From positions 32,001 to 96,000 of IMG/VR virus record IMGVR_UViG_3300033405_000004: a DNA stretch of 64,000 nucleotides. One strand, written 5' to 3'. Shown here piece after piece: positions 1-9,644 of this stretch. The position numbers were made by a program, and so were the translations under genes. This DNA is from a virus. Below the pieces are notes generated by a model. That model saw only the letters and a program-made list of their open reading frames with translations, was not told the DNA's origin and searched no databases. Numbering within the stretch: the stretch's first letter is position 1; every line of letters starts with the position of its first letter.

Positions 1-1
1 G

Positions 2-184
2 CGCACGGCCAGCCCGTTCACCGTCGAGCCGGCTGGGCATACCGGCGACTACTACGGGTTCACGCTGGAGCGCCTCGACCGCACGGACGGGTCGGTGGAG
101 GACGGCGCCTTCCTGGGCAACACCCTGGCCCGCGGCGCCCACCCCTCGCTCTACCTCGGCGCGGACGGCGTCGTCCACCACAAC
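2..184 (+). mobile_element. C-terminal part of an intein in TerL
   Basis: FTVEPAGHTGDYYGFTL...LYLGADGVVHHN|T matches Hint blocks F/G ending His-Asn, followed by Thr (+1 nucleophile). Confidence 0.85.
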
Positions 185-1846
185 ACCTACATCACCGGCG
201 TCATCTTCCTGTACCGCGTCGTCCTGGCGTCCCTCCTGCGCTACCCGGAGCGGTTCTTCGGCCTGGGCAAGGGTAGCCGCATCTACTACGTCCTGCTCTC
301 GATCACGCGGGCCGCCGTGAGCGACACCATCTTCGGCGACGTCCAGAACTTCATGGCCCAGAGCCCCTACTTCCTGGAGGAGTGCCACTTCAACCCCGAG
401 CGGAAGTACGCCGACTTCCGGGTCGGCCTGGGGCGGGGCCTGTTCATCACCGCCGGCTCCAAGGGCTGGCACGTCATCGGCCGCAACACCATGGGCGTTG
501 CCCTCGACGAGGGCAACTGGCGCCTGGAGGCCAACCCCGACCAGCGCGCCTACGACCTGTACGGCGAGGTGCGCCAGCGCATCAAGGGCCGCTTCCAGCA
601 GGTCACCGGCTACCTCCCCGCCATCAGCATCCTCGCCTCCTCGGCGCGCGACGAGTCCGCCTTCACCGAGACGGTCATCAACGAGATCAACCAGGCCGCC
701 AACCCGGCCGTCGAGCTCGTCTACCGCCACGCCAGCTACGAGATCCGCGAGGGTGAGCTGCGCCGGGGCCAGCGGTGGTTCAGGGTCATGTACGGCCTCA
801 AGAACATCGAGCCGGCCATCCTCCAGGGCTTCTACACGAAGGAGGGCGCCCAGGTGCAGGGGCCGTTCGAGGAGGCGCCGCACGGCTCCCAGACCAAGCT
901 TGTCCCCGAGGACTTCCTGCCGGAGTTCCGCCGCAACATGAAGCTCTCGCTGCAGGGCATCTGCGGCGTGTCCACGGGCGGCTCCCACCTTTTCTTCGGC
1001 AGCCCCGTCGAGCTGGAGACCGCCGTCAAGACCGGCGAGGCCAAGGGAGTCAGGAACCCCGCCGACGTGGAGCACATCCCCATCTCCGTCGAGGACACCC
1101 AGGAGGTCTGGGACTACCTCAAGCACGAGCGCTTCCTCACCCGCCGCTCCGGCTCCATCGTCCCCCTGCGCGACCCCGACGCGCCCCGCTTCGCCCACCT
1201 CGACATGGCCACCGAGTCCATCGCCGGCGTGGCGATCTGCCACCCGGTCGGCAAGGTCGAGGTGTCCAACGTCTTCAAGCCGGAGATCCCCTTCCAGCTC
1301 TTCAGCGAGTACCGCGTCGTCGCCGAGTACGACTTCATCCTCGCCATCGTCTCCGGCAAGACCAAGCCGATCAGCTTCGAGAAGGTCCTGCGCTTCTTCT
1401 TCTGGCTGCGGGAGCGGTGCGGCTTCCGCTTCGAGATGATCAGCGCCGACCAGTACCAGTCGGTGATGCCCCTCCAGGTCTTCGAGACCCGCGGCTTCAA
1501 GGTGCGGAACGTGTCCGTGGACCGGACCAAGCTGCCCTACTATGCCTGGCGGGCCGCGTTCACCGAGCGGCGCGTCTGGCTCTACCGGCACGGCCTGTTC
1601 ATGCGCGAGGCCGAGCAGCTTATCGACGGCCCGGACAAGGTGGACCACCGGCCCGAGGGCTCGAAGGACCTCACCGATGCCGCCTGCGGTGCCTACTACA
1701 ACCTCCTCGAAAGCGAATACGCGACCGGCGCGGTCTCCGCCGGGGCGTCCCCGGTGATGACGCCCGACATGGAGGAGGAGAAGCCCCCGATCGACATGAT
1801 GCCGCCCCCGCCGAAGCGCGAGGCGCCGCCGGTGTACACCGTCTGA
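2..1846 (+). CDS. terL: Terminase large subunit (5'-truncated by window; carries an intein in the ATPase domain)
   Basis: Frame open from nt 2. Walker B-like GVALDEGN, motif III LASSA, RNase H-like nuclease acidic motifs AHLDMA / SADQYQS / KVDHRPEGSKDLTDA. Confidence 0.88.
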   Translation, partial: RTASPFTVEPAGHTGDYYGFTLERLDRTDGSVEDGAFLGNTLARGAHPSLYLGADGVVHHNTYITGVIFLYRVVLASLLRYPERFFGLGKGSRIYYVLLSITRAAVSDTIFGDVQNFMAQSPYFLEECHFNPERKYADFRVGLGRGLFITAGSKGWHVIGRNTMGVALDEGNWRLEANPDQRAYDLYGEVRQRIKGRFQQVTGYLPAISILASSARDESAFTETVINEINQAANPAVELVYRHASYEIREGELRRGQRWFRVMYGLKNIEPAILQGFYTKEGAQVQGPFEEAPHGSQTKLVPEDFLPEFRRNMKLSLQGICGVSTGGSHLFFGSPVELETAVKTGEAKGVRNPADVEHIPISVEDTQEVWDYLKHERFLTRRSGSIVPLRDPDAPRFAHLDMATESIAGVAICHPVGKVEVSNVFKPEIPFQLFSEYRVVAEYDFILAIVSGKTKPISFEKVLRFFFWLRERCGFRFEMISADQYQSVMPLQVFETRGFKVRNVSVDRTKLPYYAWRAAFTERRVWLYRHGLFMREAEQLIDGPDKVDHRPEGSKDLTDAACGAYYNLLESEYATGAVSAGASPVMTPDMEEEKPPIDMMPPPPKREAPPVYTV

Positions 1847-1905
1847 GCATTTTGTGGACAAACTCTTCTTGATGAAAAAGCCCACTTGTGCGATGATTCA
1901 GCACC

Positions 1906-2163
1906 ATGGAAACGGAACCGGACTTCGGCCTCGTCGCGCGCAGGGACGCCCTGAGGTCGATGCTCCCGCCGCCGCTCTACCACAAGGTGGTCGACCCCTA
2001 CAAGGGGATGATCGCCGAGATCGCCATGCGCACCGGCTGCTCCGACGCCCAGGCGGCGGTGGCAGTCGCCGAGGCGGCCGTGGAACTGGGCGAGCCGGCG
2101 ATCAAGACGGTGCCCGTGTTCGCCGCCCTGGTCGACCTGCACGACTTGCGCGCCCGGGGCTGA
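1906..2163 (+). CDS. Hypothetical protein
   Basis: Phage-like codon usage; preceded by TTGATG-17-GATGAT promoter-like sequence. Confidence 0.65.
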   Translation: METEPDFGLVARRDALRSMLPPPLYHKVVDPYKGMIAEIAMRTGCSDAQAAVAVAEAAVELGEPAIKTVPVFAALVDLHDLRARG

Positions 2164-2391
2164 CCCCGCCGAGCCTCGCCGAGCTGAAATCCCGCGTCTG
2201 GGCCGTGCCCCGCAAGAACGGCCGCGGGCGGTGGTGGGTGAGCGTGCTCGACATCAGCGACTGCGGGCGCTTCGTCAAGGTGTCGGCGGCCGTCGCCGAC
2301 CGCCCCGGCCTTGGGCTGGAGAAGGGGCCTCGGCCCGCCGCCGGGAAGCCATGGTGGGTCCGGGCCGCCGATCTCCAGAAGGATTGAATCT

Positions 2392-2853
2392 ATGAACGCA
2401 AACTGCGATTCCGCCCCCGACACCGTCGCGCACATCCAGCGCGTCCAGTATCTGCTCGAAGCGTGCCGCCTCAACCTCGTGCGGCGCGGCTGCGACCACG
2501 ACGCGAGCAAACTTGAGGAACCCGAGAAGCCTGCGTTCGACGCTTGCAAGGAGAAGCTGGCGTCGATGGCCTATGGCTCGCCTGAGTACAAGGTGGCCCT
2601 GGCCGAGCTGGGCCCGGCCCTCCAGCACCACTACGCCCACAACTCTCACCACCCGGAGCACTGGCCGAACGGCGTCGACGACATGAGCCTCTTCGACGTG
2701 ATCGAGATGCTCATGGACTGGAAGGCCGCCACCGAGCGCATGAAGGGCGGCGGCGACATCCGCCGCTCATTGGAGATTAACGCGGGGCGGTTCAAGCTCT
2801 CGCCGCAGCTGGCCTCGATCCTGGCGAACACCATCAGGGAGATGGGCTGGTGA
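2392..2853 (+). CDS. HD-like protein (DUF5662-like)
   Basis: HI..V...HDASK...HHYAHNSHHPEHW...EMLMDW pattern. Confidence 0.75.
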   Translation: MNANCDSAPDTVAHIQRVQYLLEACRLNLVRRGCDHDASKLEEPEKPAFDACKEKLASMAYGSPEYKVALAELGPALQHHYAHNSHHPEHWPNGVDDMSLFDVIEMLMDWKAATERMKGGGDIRRSLEINAGRFKLSPQLASILANTIREMGW

Positions 2854-2854
2854 C

Positions 2855-3985
2855 ATGGCCCACGTCGTCATCTGCGGGGACGCCCTGGCGGAGCTGCGCA
2901 AGATGCCGGACGAGTCCGTCCAATGCTGCGTGACCAGCCCGCCCTACTGGGGCCTGCGCAATTACGGCACGGCGCCGCAGGTCTGGGGCGGGTGCTCGGG
3001 TTGCGGGCACGAGTGGGCCGACGCCTCGTGGAAGTTCCCCCGCTGGGGCGCACACGACGACGACAAGATCAAGGCCGGCCGGCAAGTGCGGAACGCGGGG
3101 AGCCTCGGGCATCGTGGGCGGGTGCGCGTCCAGTGGGTGTGCACCCATTGCGGGGCCTGGCGGGGCTCCCTCGGCCTGGAGCCGACGTTCCAAATGTACG
3201 TCGAGCACTTGGTCGAGCTATTTCGCGAGGTGCGCCGCGTGCTCGACCGGAGCGGCACGCTCTGGCTCGTCCTGGGCGACAGCTACGCCAGCTCCAGCAC
3301 CTACAACACGACCAACACCCTCCACACCGAGCACGGCTGGAAGCAGGACGCCGCGGTGCGCCCCAACATCCGGGCCGCCCAGATCGGCCTCAAGCCGAAG
3401 AACCTCTGCGGCATCCCCTGGCGCGTCGCCTTCGCCCTCCAGGCCGACGGCTGGTGGCTCCGCCAGGACGTGATCTGGAGCAAGCCCAACGCCATGCCGG
3501 AGAGCGTGCTCGATCGCTGCACCAAGGCCCACGAGTACGTCTTCCTCCTCAGCAGGCGGCAGAGGTATTACTACGACGCCGCCGCCATCGCCGAGCCCTG
3601 CGCCTCCGGGCCGCCGGGCAACCGGGCGCACCGCGGCGCCTCGGCCTACCACGCGGGCCTCGACGAGCACCAGCGCACCAAGGGCGGCCTGGTGGCCTTT
3701 GCCGAGAAGGCCAGGGCGTCCGGCTGGGCCACCCGCAACCGTCGCTCGGTCTGGGCTATCAACACCAAGGCCTACAAGGAGGCCCATTTCGCCACCTTCC
3801 CGCCGGAGCTGCCGCGGCTCTGCATCCTGGCCGGCAGCAGGCCCGGCGACGCCATCCTCGACCCCTTCGCCGGGGCGGGCACCACCGGCCTGGCGGCCGC
3901 CGGCCTGGGGCGCGACTCCATCCTGATCGAGCTGAACCCGGACTACTGCGGCCTCATCCGGCGGCGCCTGAGTTCTGCTAGTTAA
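2855..3985 (+). CDS. DNA N6-adenine/N4-cytosine methyltransferase (beta class)
   Basis: TSPPYW catalytic motif N-terminal; HFATFP and LDPFAGAGTT SAM-binding motif C-terminal. Confidence 0.92.
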   Translation: MAHVVICGDALAELRKMPDESVQCCVTSPPYWGLRNYGTAPQVWGGCSGCGHEWADASWKFPRWGAHDDDKIKAGRQVRNAGSLGHRGRVRVQWVCTHCGAWRGSLGLEPTFQMYVEHLVELFREVRRVLDRSGTLWLVLGDSYASSSTYNTTNTLHTEHGWKQDAAVRPNIRAAQIGLKPKNLCGIPWRVAFALQADGWWLRQDVIWSKPNAMPESVLDRCTKAHEYVFLLSRRQRYYYDAAAIAEPCASGPPGNRAHRGASAYHAGLDEHQRTKGGLVAFAEKARASGWATRNRRSVWAINTKAYKEAHFATFPPELPRLCILAGSRPGDAILDPFAGAGTTGLAAAGLGRDSILIELNPDYCGLIRRRLSSAS

Positions 3986-3992
3986 GCCGTGG

Positions 3993-5263
3993 ATGAACTA
4001 CTACAACGAGAACAACCCGGAGGCCGCGGCCTGGCTGCGCGAGCTGATCGCCGCCGGGCGGATCGGGGAGGGGGTCGTCGATGACCGGAGCGTCGCCGAC
4101 GTCGAGCCCGCCGACGTCCGGGGGTTCGCCCAGTGCCACTTCTTCGCCGGCGTCGGCGGCTGGGCCTACGCCCTGCGCCTCGCCGGCTGGCCCGACTCCC
4201 GCCCCGCCTGGACCGGCTCGTGCCCGTGCCAGCCGTTCAGCACGGCCGGGCGAAGGCTGGGAACGAAGGACAAGCGCCACCTATGGCCGTTCTTTCGCCA
4301 CCTGGTCGCTCGGTGCCGCCCTCCAGTCGTGTTTGGGGAGCAGGTTGCGAGCTCGGCTGGGCGCCTTTGGCTCGCCGGAGTACGAGCTAACCTGGCGCGA
4401 CTGGGATATGCCGTCGGGGCCGCCGATCTGTGCGCTGCGGGCGTCGGCTCGCCCCAGATCCGGCAGCGGCTCTATTGGGTGGCCTACGCCGATCGGCGAG
4501 GAGGTCAGGGCGGGCACGCACTGCGGGAACCAGGAGACGGTGTCCATGGTTGTGGCGGGCTGGCTGACCCCGACGGAGGCCGCAGCGGGCGCGGCGCACG
4601 GGGGCAGCTCGGCCGGGAACGACTTGAGGAACCAGGTGAGGCTGGCGGGCTGGCCGACGCCCGTGGCGAACGACGACAACAAGACCCCGGAGGCCCACCT
4701 CGCGATGAAGCTGAGGATGGGCGTGCGCGATGGGACGGGGGCCGAGCGCATGGCGATCACCAGCCTCCAGGTGATGGCGCAGACGGCCGACCTGGCCGGG
4801 TGGGCGACCCCGAACGTGCCGAACGGGGGCCGGACGAGCAACGACTCGAACTGGCGGCCGGACGGCACGAAGCAGCAGGTCGACCTGGGGGCGCAGGCCC
4901 GGCTGGCGGGCTGGCCGACGCCCATAGCGACGGACGAGGCCCACGGGCACTCGGCGACGTGGGCGACCACCCGGTGCAACCTCCACAACGTGGCCCTGGG
5001 GATCGGGAGGCAGACGACGGGCGAGGTGGTGCCGGCGGCGGAGGCGGTCCCGGCTGGCCATCCCTCGCTGTCTGGGACGACTTCGACCTCGTCCCCTGCC
5101 GCGACGGCAAGGCGCGGCGTGTTGAACCCGGCTCTCCCCGCTGGTTGATGGGCTTCCCGGCCGCGTGGGACTCCTGCGGGGCTACGGCAATGCAATCGTG
5201 CCGCAGCTCGCGGCGGTCTTCATCCAGGCTGCCGAGGAGGGTCGCGATTTGATCAATTTATGA
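3993..5263 (+). CDS. DNA C5-cytosine methyltransferase, frameshifted near 5136-5139
   Basis: FFAGVGG (I), GSCPCQPFS (IV), GEQV (VI), QIRQRLYW (VIII). Motif X (LRGYGNAIVP) lies in the -1 frame after 5139 and ends at TGA 5263, ATGA-coupled to the next gene. Confidence 0.8.
4081..5148 (+). CDS. Overlapping alternate-frame ORF with W-[PLA]-T-P repeats (putative second methylase polypeptide)
   Basis: Five WPTP-like repeats then LNPAL; the expected RWLMGFP..WD continuation is in the neighbouring frame. True start uncertain. Confidence 0.55.
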   Translation: MTGASPTSSPPTSGGSPSATSSPASAAGPTPCASPAGPTPAPPGPARARASRSARPGEGWERRTSATYGRSFATWSLGAALQSCLGSRLRARLGAFGSPEYELTWRDWDMPSGPPICALRASARPRSGSGSIGWPTPIGEEVRAGTHCGNQETVSMVVAGWLTPTEAAAGAAHGGSSAGNDLRNQVRLAGWPTPVANDDNKTPEAHLAMKLRMGVRDGTGAERMAITSLQVMAQTADLAGWATPNVPNGGRTSNDSNWRPDGTKQQVDLGAQARLAGWPTPIATDEAHGHSATWATTRCNLHNVALGIGRQTTGEVVPAAEAVPAGHPSLSGTTSTSSPAATARRGVLNPALPAG

Positions 5264-5580
5264 AACCCATAGACTTTCTTGAGGCGAACGTGTCGTTCGG
5301 ACCCCCGCCGGGCTTCTCGGAGGAGCAGGTGGCCACCGTCAGGGCGCATCGTACCACACTTCGGGGCGGTTCCTGTGACGGCGCTGAAGTCGTAGTGACG
5401 GCGTGGAGGCCGTCTGACGCCGAGCGGCTTCGTTTGGCTGCCGGGGCCCCTGTGTTTCTCACCTTCATGGGCGGTGGGTTGCCGCCCCACGCGGTGACGA
5501 CCAGCTTCGATGAGGCCATGGAGGTTGCGCGCCCAGTGCGCGAGCGGTATGGGGGCTGGGTCGCCCCGCCTGCCCCGTAG
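5260..5580 (+). CDS. Hypothetical phage protein
   Basis: MKPIDFLEAN...VVTAWRPS..ER..L..G..VFL pattern; ATGA overlap with upstream gene. Confidence 0.75.
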   Translation: MKPIDFLEANVSFGPPPGFSEEQVATVRAHRTTLRGGSCDGAEVVVTAWRPSDAERLRLAAGAPVFLTFMGGGLPPHAVTTSFDEAMEVARPVRERYGGWVAPPAP

Positions 5581-5587
5581 TTAAGTC

Positions 5588-6007
5588 ATGAACGCCGTCA
5601 AAAAGCTTTTGGGGGAGTCGCGACAGGAGCGGTGGTGCTTCACCGAGTACGAGCTGGGCAACCCGGAGGCGCTCAAGGCCTGCCGTGGCGAGGACGAGTT
5701 CGTGGCCAGCGCCTATGACGAGGAGGGCAACCGGCTCGAACTGGGCGTGTTGGTCTACCGGGACGGTCGCGCCACGAATCGGTGGGAGGACGGGACAGCC
5801 GGCGTGCCGGAGGAAGTGCAGCGGGAGGCGGAAGTCGACGAATCCCCCTCGAAGCCGATCGGGCGTGGCAGCGGCAGCCCCAGGCTCGGCGACGACGACC
5901 TCATCGCGGACAACTGGCGCGACGTCGAGGTCGCCGAGGACGGCAGCTTCACAATCGTCCCCGGCGGTTCGAGGCGCTACGTCAACCCGGGCGGGCGCCC
6001 CTATTGA
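5588..6007 (+). CDS. Hypothetical protein with leader MNAVKKLLGE
   Basis: TAGTTAAG motif directly upstream; acidic protein. Confidence 0.7.
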   Translation: MNAVKKLLGESRQERWCFTEYELGNPEALKACRGEDEFVASAYDEEGNRLELGVLVYRDGRATNRWEDGTAGVPEEVQREAEVDESPSKPIGRGSGSPRLGDDDLIADNWRDVEVAEDGSFTIVPGGSRRYVNPGGRPY

Positions 6008-6270
6008 TGGCCGACTACCTTCCAGAGGCCGTGGCGGCCTTCGAGCGCCGGCACGGCTCCAAGCCCTCCCAGGTCGTGATCGGCCTCTCAGCGGCCATTG
6101 CGCTGGCCAAGGCGGGGCAGCTGCGGCCGGAGTGCGACGGCGTCAAGGTCGTCGCGCGGCCGCTGGAGCCGGGCGAGCGCCCGGTGAGGCCGGGCGGGGG
6201 AACCAAGCTGTTCGTCAGCTACGAGCTCCGGGCCGGCGAGGGGCGCCTGGAGGCCTTCGAGCTGGCCTGA
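6007..6270 (+). CDS. Hypothetical protein
   Basis: TGATG coupling with previous gene; starts MADYLPEA. Confidence 0.65.
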   Translation: MADYLPEAVAAFERRHGSKPSQVVIGLSAAIALAKAGQLRPECDGVKVVARPLEPGERPVRPGGGTKLFVSYELRAGEGRLEAFELA

Positions 6271-6584
6271 GCGCCGGCCCAGTGCGTGCCGCCCTGGCCG
6301 CCGCTGGTCGCCGTGCGGGTCGGGAGGGCGTAAACATTATCCTCGGTCCTGATGGCGAGGGTGGCGAAGGCGTAGTGCAGGGCGTTGTCGAAGGTCCACT
6401 GGATGTTTCCGGTGTCACTCTCGCCCGCCGCGGTGCGGTGGCGCACCCCGTACCCGTAGACGCGCCTCCCGTCGTACACGTAGACCCTCGGCTCCACCCG
6501 GATGCCGGCGGACCGGAGGATGGCGGCGATGGCCAGCTTGGCCAGCAGCCTACGGGGCGCGCGGGCGGGGGGTTTCTTCTTCAT
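6219..6584 (-). CDS. Hypothetical protein
   Basis: ORF with GGAGAG upstream of ATG. Confidence 0.5.
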   Translation of the reverse strand: MKKKPPARAPRRLLAKLAIAAILRSAGIRVEPRVYVYDGRRVYGYGVRHRTAAGESDTGNIQWTFDNALHYAFATLAIRTEDNVYALPTRTATSGGQGGTHWAGAQASSKASRRPSPARSS

Positions 6585-6783
6585 GGGGTCTCTCCTCCTT
6601 GGTGGCCGCGTCCCGGCGCTGGAGCTCCTCCAGCAGCCGCTCGCACAGGGCGAGGCTCTCGCCGGTGAGCTGATAGAAGCCCCCGATCATGCCGTACTGG
6701 GCGCTCAGCGCCCTCAGGTGCAGGCGGGCTTCCCGCGCGAACTTGTCGGCGGCGGATTTCTGTTGGTTTTCGGGCTCGGCCAT
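6550..6783 (-). CDS. Hypothetical protein
   Basis: GTTCT motif upstream; plausible helical protein. Confidence 0.6.
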   Translation of the reverse strand: MAEPENQQKSAADKFAREARLHLRALSAQYGMIGGFYQLTGESLALCERLLEELQRRDAATKEERPHEEETPRPRAP

Positions 6784-6812
6784 CGTTCTTATGAGAACAG
6801 ATTACTTAGACG

Positions 6813-9164
6813 ATGGACCTCCCGAAGTTCTCGCTCATCTACACCTCGGCCCGCCCGCACCTGATCGCCGACGTCGTGCGGCGGTGGAAGGGCCGCGCCG
6901 CCCGCCCGGCCGACGCCCGCTTCGCCATCGCGGTGGACGACGAGGCCGCCCGCGCGGTCGCCGCCGGGACGGCGGAGGACGTGGTCGTGAACGGGGGGCC
7001 CAAGAACTGCGTGGCCGGCTGGAACGCCGCCGCCAAGCTCGCCGAGCGCCAGGGCCTGGGTGACGTGCTCATCGCCGTGGCCGACGACTTCGACGTGCCG
7101 GAGCGCTGGGACGACCTTCTGGCGGGCGTGGCCGCCCCCGGCTGGTGGCTCCAGGACTTCGCCGTCCGCGTCTACGACGGCTACAACTCCGACCTCTGCA
7201 CGCTCGGCATCGTGACCGCCCGCCGCTACCGCCGCCGCGGCTACCTCTTCTACCCCGACTACGAGTCGATCTATTGCTTTCCGCCCGACACGCCTATCCT
7301 GATGGCCAACCATACTCTTAAACCTATTGGTGACGTTGTCCCCGGCGATGTCGTGGTGGGTTCGGTTCGCAGGATTGGGTCGCGGGGCACTGGCAAGCAA
7401 AGGCGGGAGTTTCTTCAGCCGTCCCGAGTGCTGGAGGTCCATCGTAAGCGCGACAGGCTGGTGAGGCTTACGCTGAAGTCCGGTAAGGTGATCCTGTGCA
7501 CTCCTGACCATGTCTGGGCCTACTATGGGGATACCCGCGTGTATTTGCGAAACCAAGCTGGAACCGTGTTGCGTGGACAGGGGGGCCACCCGCGTCAGAA
7601 GGCCGACGGCCAGCTTTTGTACGGAACTCCGAGGATCGGGCGTCGGTTGGTGAAGGTTCTGGACATGCCCCCTTCGCCGCCAATGGACGATCAATCGGTT
7701 CGGGAACTGGGTTGGCTCGCTGGGATTTATGACGGCGAGGGGTGCTTTCCGACCATAACCCAGTCGTTCGACAAGAATCCTGAGGTGTGCAAGGAGCTGG
7801 AGCGCGTGCTGACTCGGTTGGGTTTCAGTTTCACTGTGAAAGGTTATCGTCGGAAATGGAGGGGCAAGCTGATCGAGCAGCACGGTTACTGCATCACTGG
7901 CGGGAGGCCGGAGTACTTGAAGTTTCTGTCGTGGGTCCGGCCCGTGAGAAGCTTCAAGCGAGCGGTGTCCAAGAGAATGTTCACATCCAGGTTTGGGGCG
8001 CCAGACGAGATCGTCAGCATCGAATCGTATGTCGATGACAAGGAAGTCTACTGCCTCTCCACGGAGACCCAAAACTACGTGGCGGACGGTTATCTGAGCC
8101 ACAACAGCGACACCGAGCTCACCTACTCGGCGGCCTACGAGAAGAGGCTCATCTCGGCCCCCCGGCTCCTCTTCGAGCACAGGCACCCCGACTGCGGCAA
8201 GCGCGCCCGGGACGCCGTCGACGAGGCCCACTCCTCCAAGGGCCGCTGGCAGCGCGGGGAGATGCTGTTCAAGTTCCGCATGAGCCAGAACTTCCCCATC
8301 GACGTGGAGCCGCCCGCTGAGCTGGACCGGTTCGCCCTCTACATGCAGGCCATCCGCGACGACTTCTGCCTCTACGACGTGGCCCGGCGCATCGTCGACG
8401 AGGGGAGGGCCGGCCCCGCGCCGGTCGGGCGCGTCTACCTGATGTGCCCCGACGAGTGGTGGTCGGGGCGGCCCCGCTCCCCCGCCGAGATGGCCGAGGT
8501 TCAGGCGGCCGCCAACCGGCTGTGCGCCGAGGGCGTCGACGCCGTGCTGGTCGACCAGCGCGTCGGGCCCGCCCGCGCCTTCTTCCGCACCCGGATCGAC
8601 GTAGAGACCGCCATGCGCAACGAGGCCCTCGACCGGATCTACGCCGACGGGTTCGCCCACGTCATCATCGCCGACGGCGACGAGTTCTGGCGGCGCGGCT
8701 TCTACGCCCGCCTCGCCGAGTGCGTCCAGACCACCGCCGGCGTCACCGCCGGCCTCTACACGGGCATGACGCCGGTCGTGGGCTACCCGGGCTACCCGGT
8801 GGAGGGCTCCACCGACAAGGCGACCGTCTACATCGCCGCGCCCCACCACCTGGTGGACTGCCGCACCGTGGCGGGCAGCCGGGCCGAGCTGCCGGGCCAC
8901 GACGTGATCCACTTCACCGCCACCCGCCGCACCTACGAGGAGGTCGTCCAGAAGCACCGCGAGAGCGGCCACTACGACGACCCCAATTATGACTTCGAGG
9001 GTTGGATCGCCAACACCCTCCCGAAGATCAAGCCTGGCTTCAGGAACGCCCACATGTACAGGCACTATCAGGTCTGGCCGCTGATCCGGGCCTGGAGGCC
9101 CGAGGAGCTGGCCGACCTGCCCGCCTGCGTGCTGCCGTACCTTGGGAATGGAACGGCCAGTTAA
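6813..9164 (+). CDS. Two-domain GT-A/GT2-like glycosyltransferase with intein
   Basis: SLIYTSARP, CVAGWNAA, IAVADDF (DxD-like), YPDYESIY|SDTELT after intein removal; second domain IIADGDEFW. Confidence 0.75.
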   Translation: MDLPKFSLIYTSARPHLIADVVRRWKGRAARPADARFAIAVDDEAARAVAAGTAEDVVVNGGPKNCVAGWNAAAKLAERQGLGDVLIAVADDFDVPERWDDLLAGVAAPGWWLQDFAVRVYDGYNSDLCTLGIVTARRYRRRGYLFYPDYESIYCFPPDTPILMANHTLKPIGDVVPGDVVVGSVRRIGSRGTGKQRREFLQPSRVLEVHRKRDRLVRLTLKSGKVILCTPDHVWAYYGDTRVYLRNQAGTVLRGQGGHPRQKADGQLLYGTPRIGRRLVKVLDMPPSPPMDDQSVRELGWLAGIYDGEGCFPTITQSFDKNPEVCKELERVLTRLGFSFTVKGYRRKWRGKLIEQHGYCITGGRPEYLKFLSWVRPVRSFKRAVSKRMFTSRFGAPDEIVSIESYVDDKEVYCLSTETQNYVADGYLSHNSDTELTYSAAYEKRLISAPRLLFEHRHPDCGKRARDAVDEAHSSKGRWQRGEMLFKFRMSQNFPIDVEPPAELDRFALYMQAIRDDFCLYDVARRIVDEGRAGPAPVGRVYLMCPDEWWSGRPRSPAEMAEVQAAANRLCAEGVDAVLVDQRVGPARAFFRTRIDVETAMRNEALDRIYADGFAHVIIADGDEFWRRGFYARLAECVQTTAGVTAGLYTGMTPVVGYPGYPVEGSTDKATVYIAAPHHLVDCRTVAGSRAELPGHDVIHFTATRRTYEEVVQKHRESGHYDDPNYDFEGWIANTLPKIKPGFRNAHMYRHYQVWPLIRAWRPEELADLPACVLPYLGNGTAS
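7275..8105 (+). mobile_element. Intein with LAGLIDADG-type endonuclease motif (277 aa)
   Basis: Begins CFPPDTPILMA, block B CTPDH, WLAGIYDGEG, ends NYVADGYLSHN|S; visibly lower GC than flanks. Confidence 0.92.
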
Positions 9165-9179
9165 GTTGTTCTAATAAGC

Positions 9180-9545
9180 ATGCACGATGACTTGATTGCC
9201 CTCGTCCTTTCGGCGACGGCGCTGGCGTTGTCTGCAGGCGCATGGGTCTGGATCATTTCCGCCGAGCGGAGGCTGCGGGCCGCGCTGGGTGGCGCGGCGG
9301 TGCGCCAGGCGATGCACGCGCACGAATACGTGGTCCAGTCGGTGAACTCCTACGAGGGCGGCGAGGTCGTCTTCGAGGTCGCGTGCGAGTGCGGCGCGGT
9401 CGAGACCCGGCTGGTGGACGGCTCGGCGGTCGCGGCCCTGGTGGAGCAGGCCGGGTCGACGTGCACGGCCGAGGAGGCCAGGGGCGCCCTCATGCAGGCC
9501 TGCGGGGACCCGGAGGCGGCCCTCGACCTCCTGCGCGGGGGGTGA
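9180..9545 (+). CDS. Membrane-anchored protein with C-terminal UBA/EF-Ts-N-like helical domain
   Basis: N-terminal TM helix, CxCG, then ..TAEEARGALMQACGDPEAALDLL. Confidence 0.55.
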   Translation: MHDDLIALVLSATALALSAGAWVWIISAERRLRAALGGAAVRQAMHAHEYVVQSVNSYEGGEVVFEVACECGAVETRLVDGSAVAALVEQAGSTCTAEEARGALMQACGDPEAALDLLRGG

Positions 9546-9588
9546 CGTATGTCATTTCCGGCGTGTATGTTATTATTTTGACGTACAC

Positions 9589-9637
9589 AAAATGTCATAA
9601 ACTTTTTGCTTGAGTCCGGGCGCCCGGCGGCTATGAT
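9589..9637 (+). promoter_or_regulatory. Sigma70-like promoter with upstream AAAATGTCATAAAC box
   Basis: Box 9589-9602, TTGAGT-16-TATGAT, ATG 7 nt downstream. Confidence 0.6.
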
Positions 9638-9644
9638 CCCCGGC

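Noticed and set aside
4559-4925. CRISPR-like or DGR-like repeats in the methylase
   Set aside because: The repeats are degenerate and codon-phased (WPTP); no cas or reverse transcriptase gene in the window.
6789-9065. Long antisense or alternate-frame ORFs (also 21794-23662, 37061-39178, 43099-45321, 47781-49370, 52765-54942 and similar)
   Set aside because: Shadow ORFs expected from high GC3; Arg/Gly/Pro-rich with no motifs, overlapping well-supported genes.
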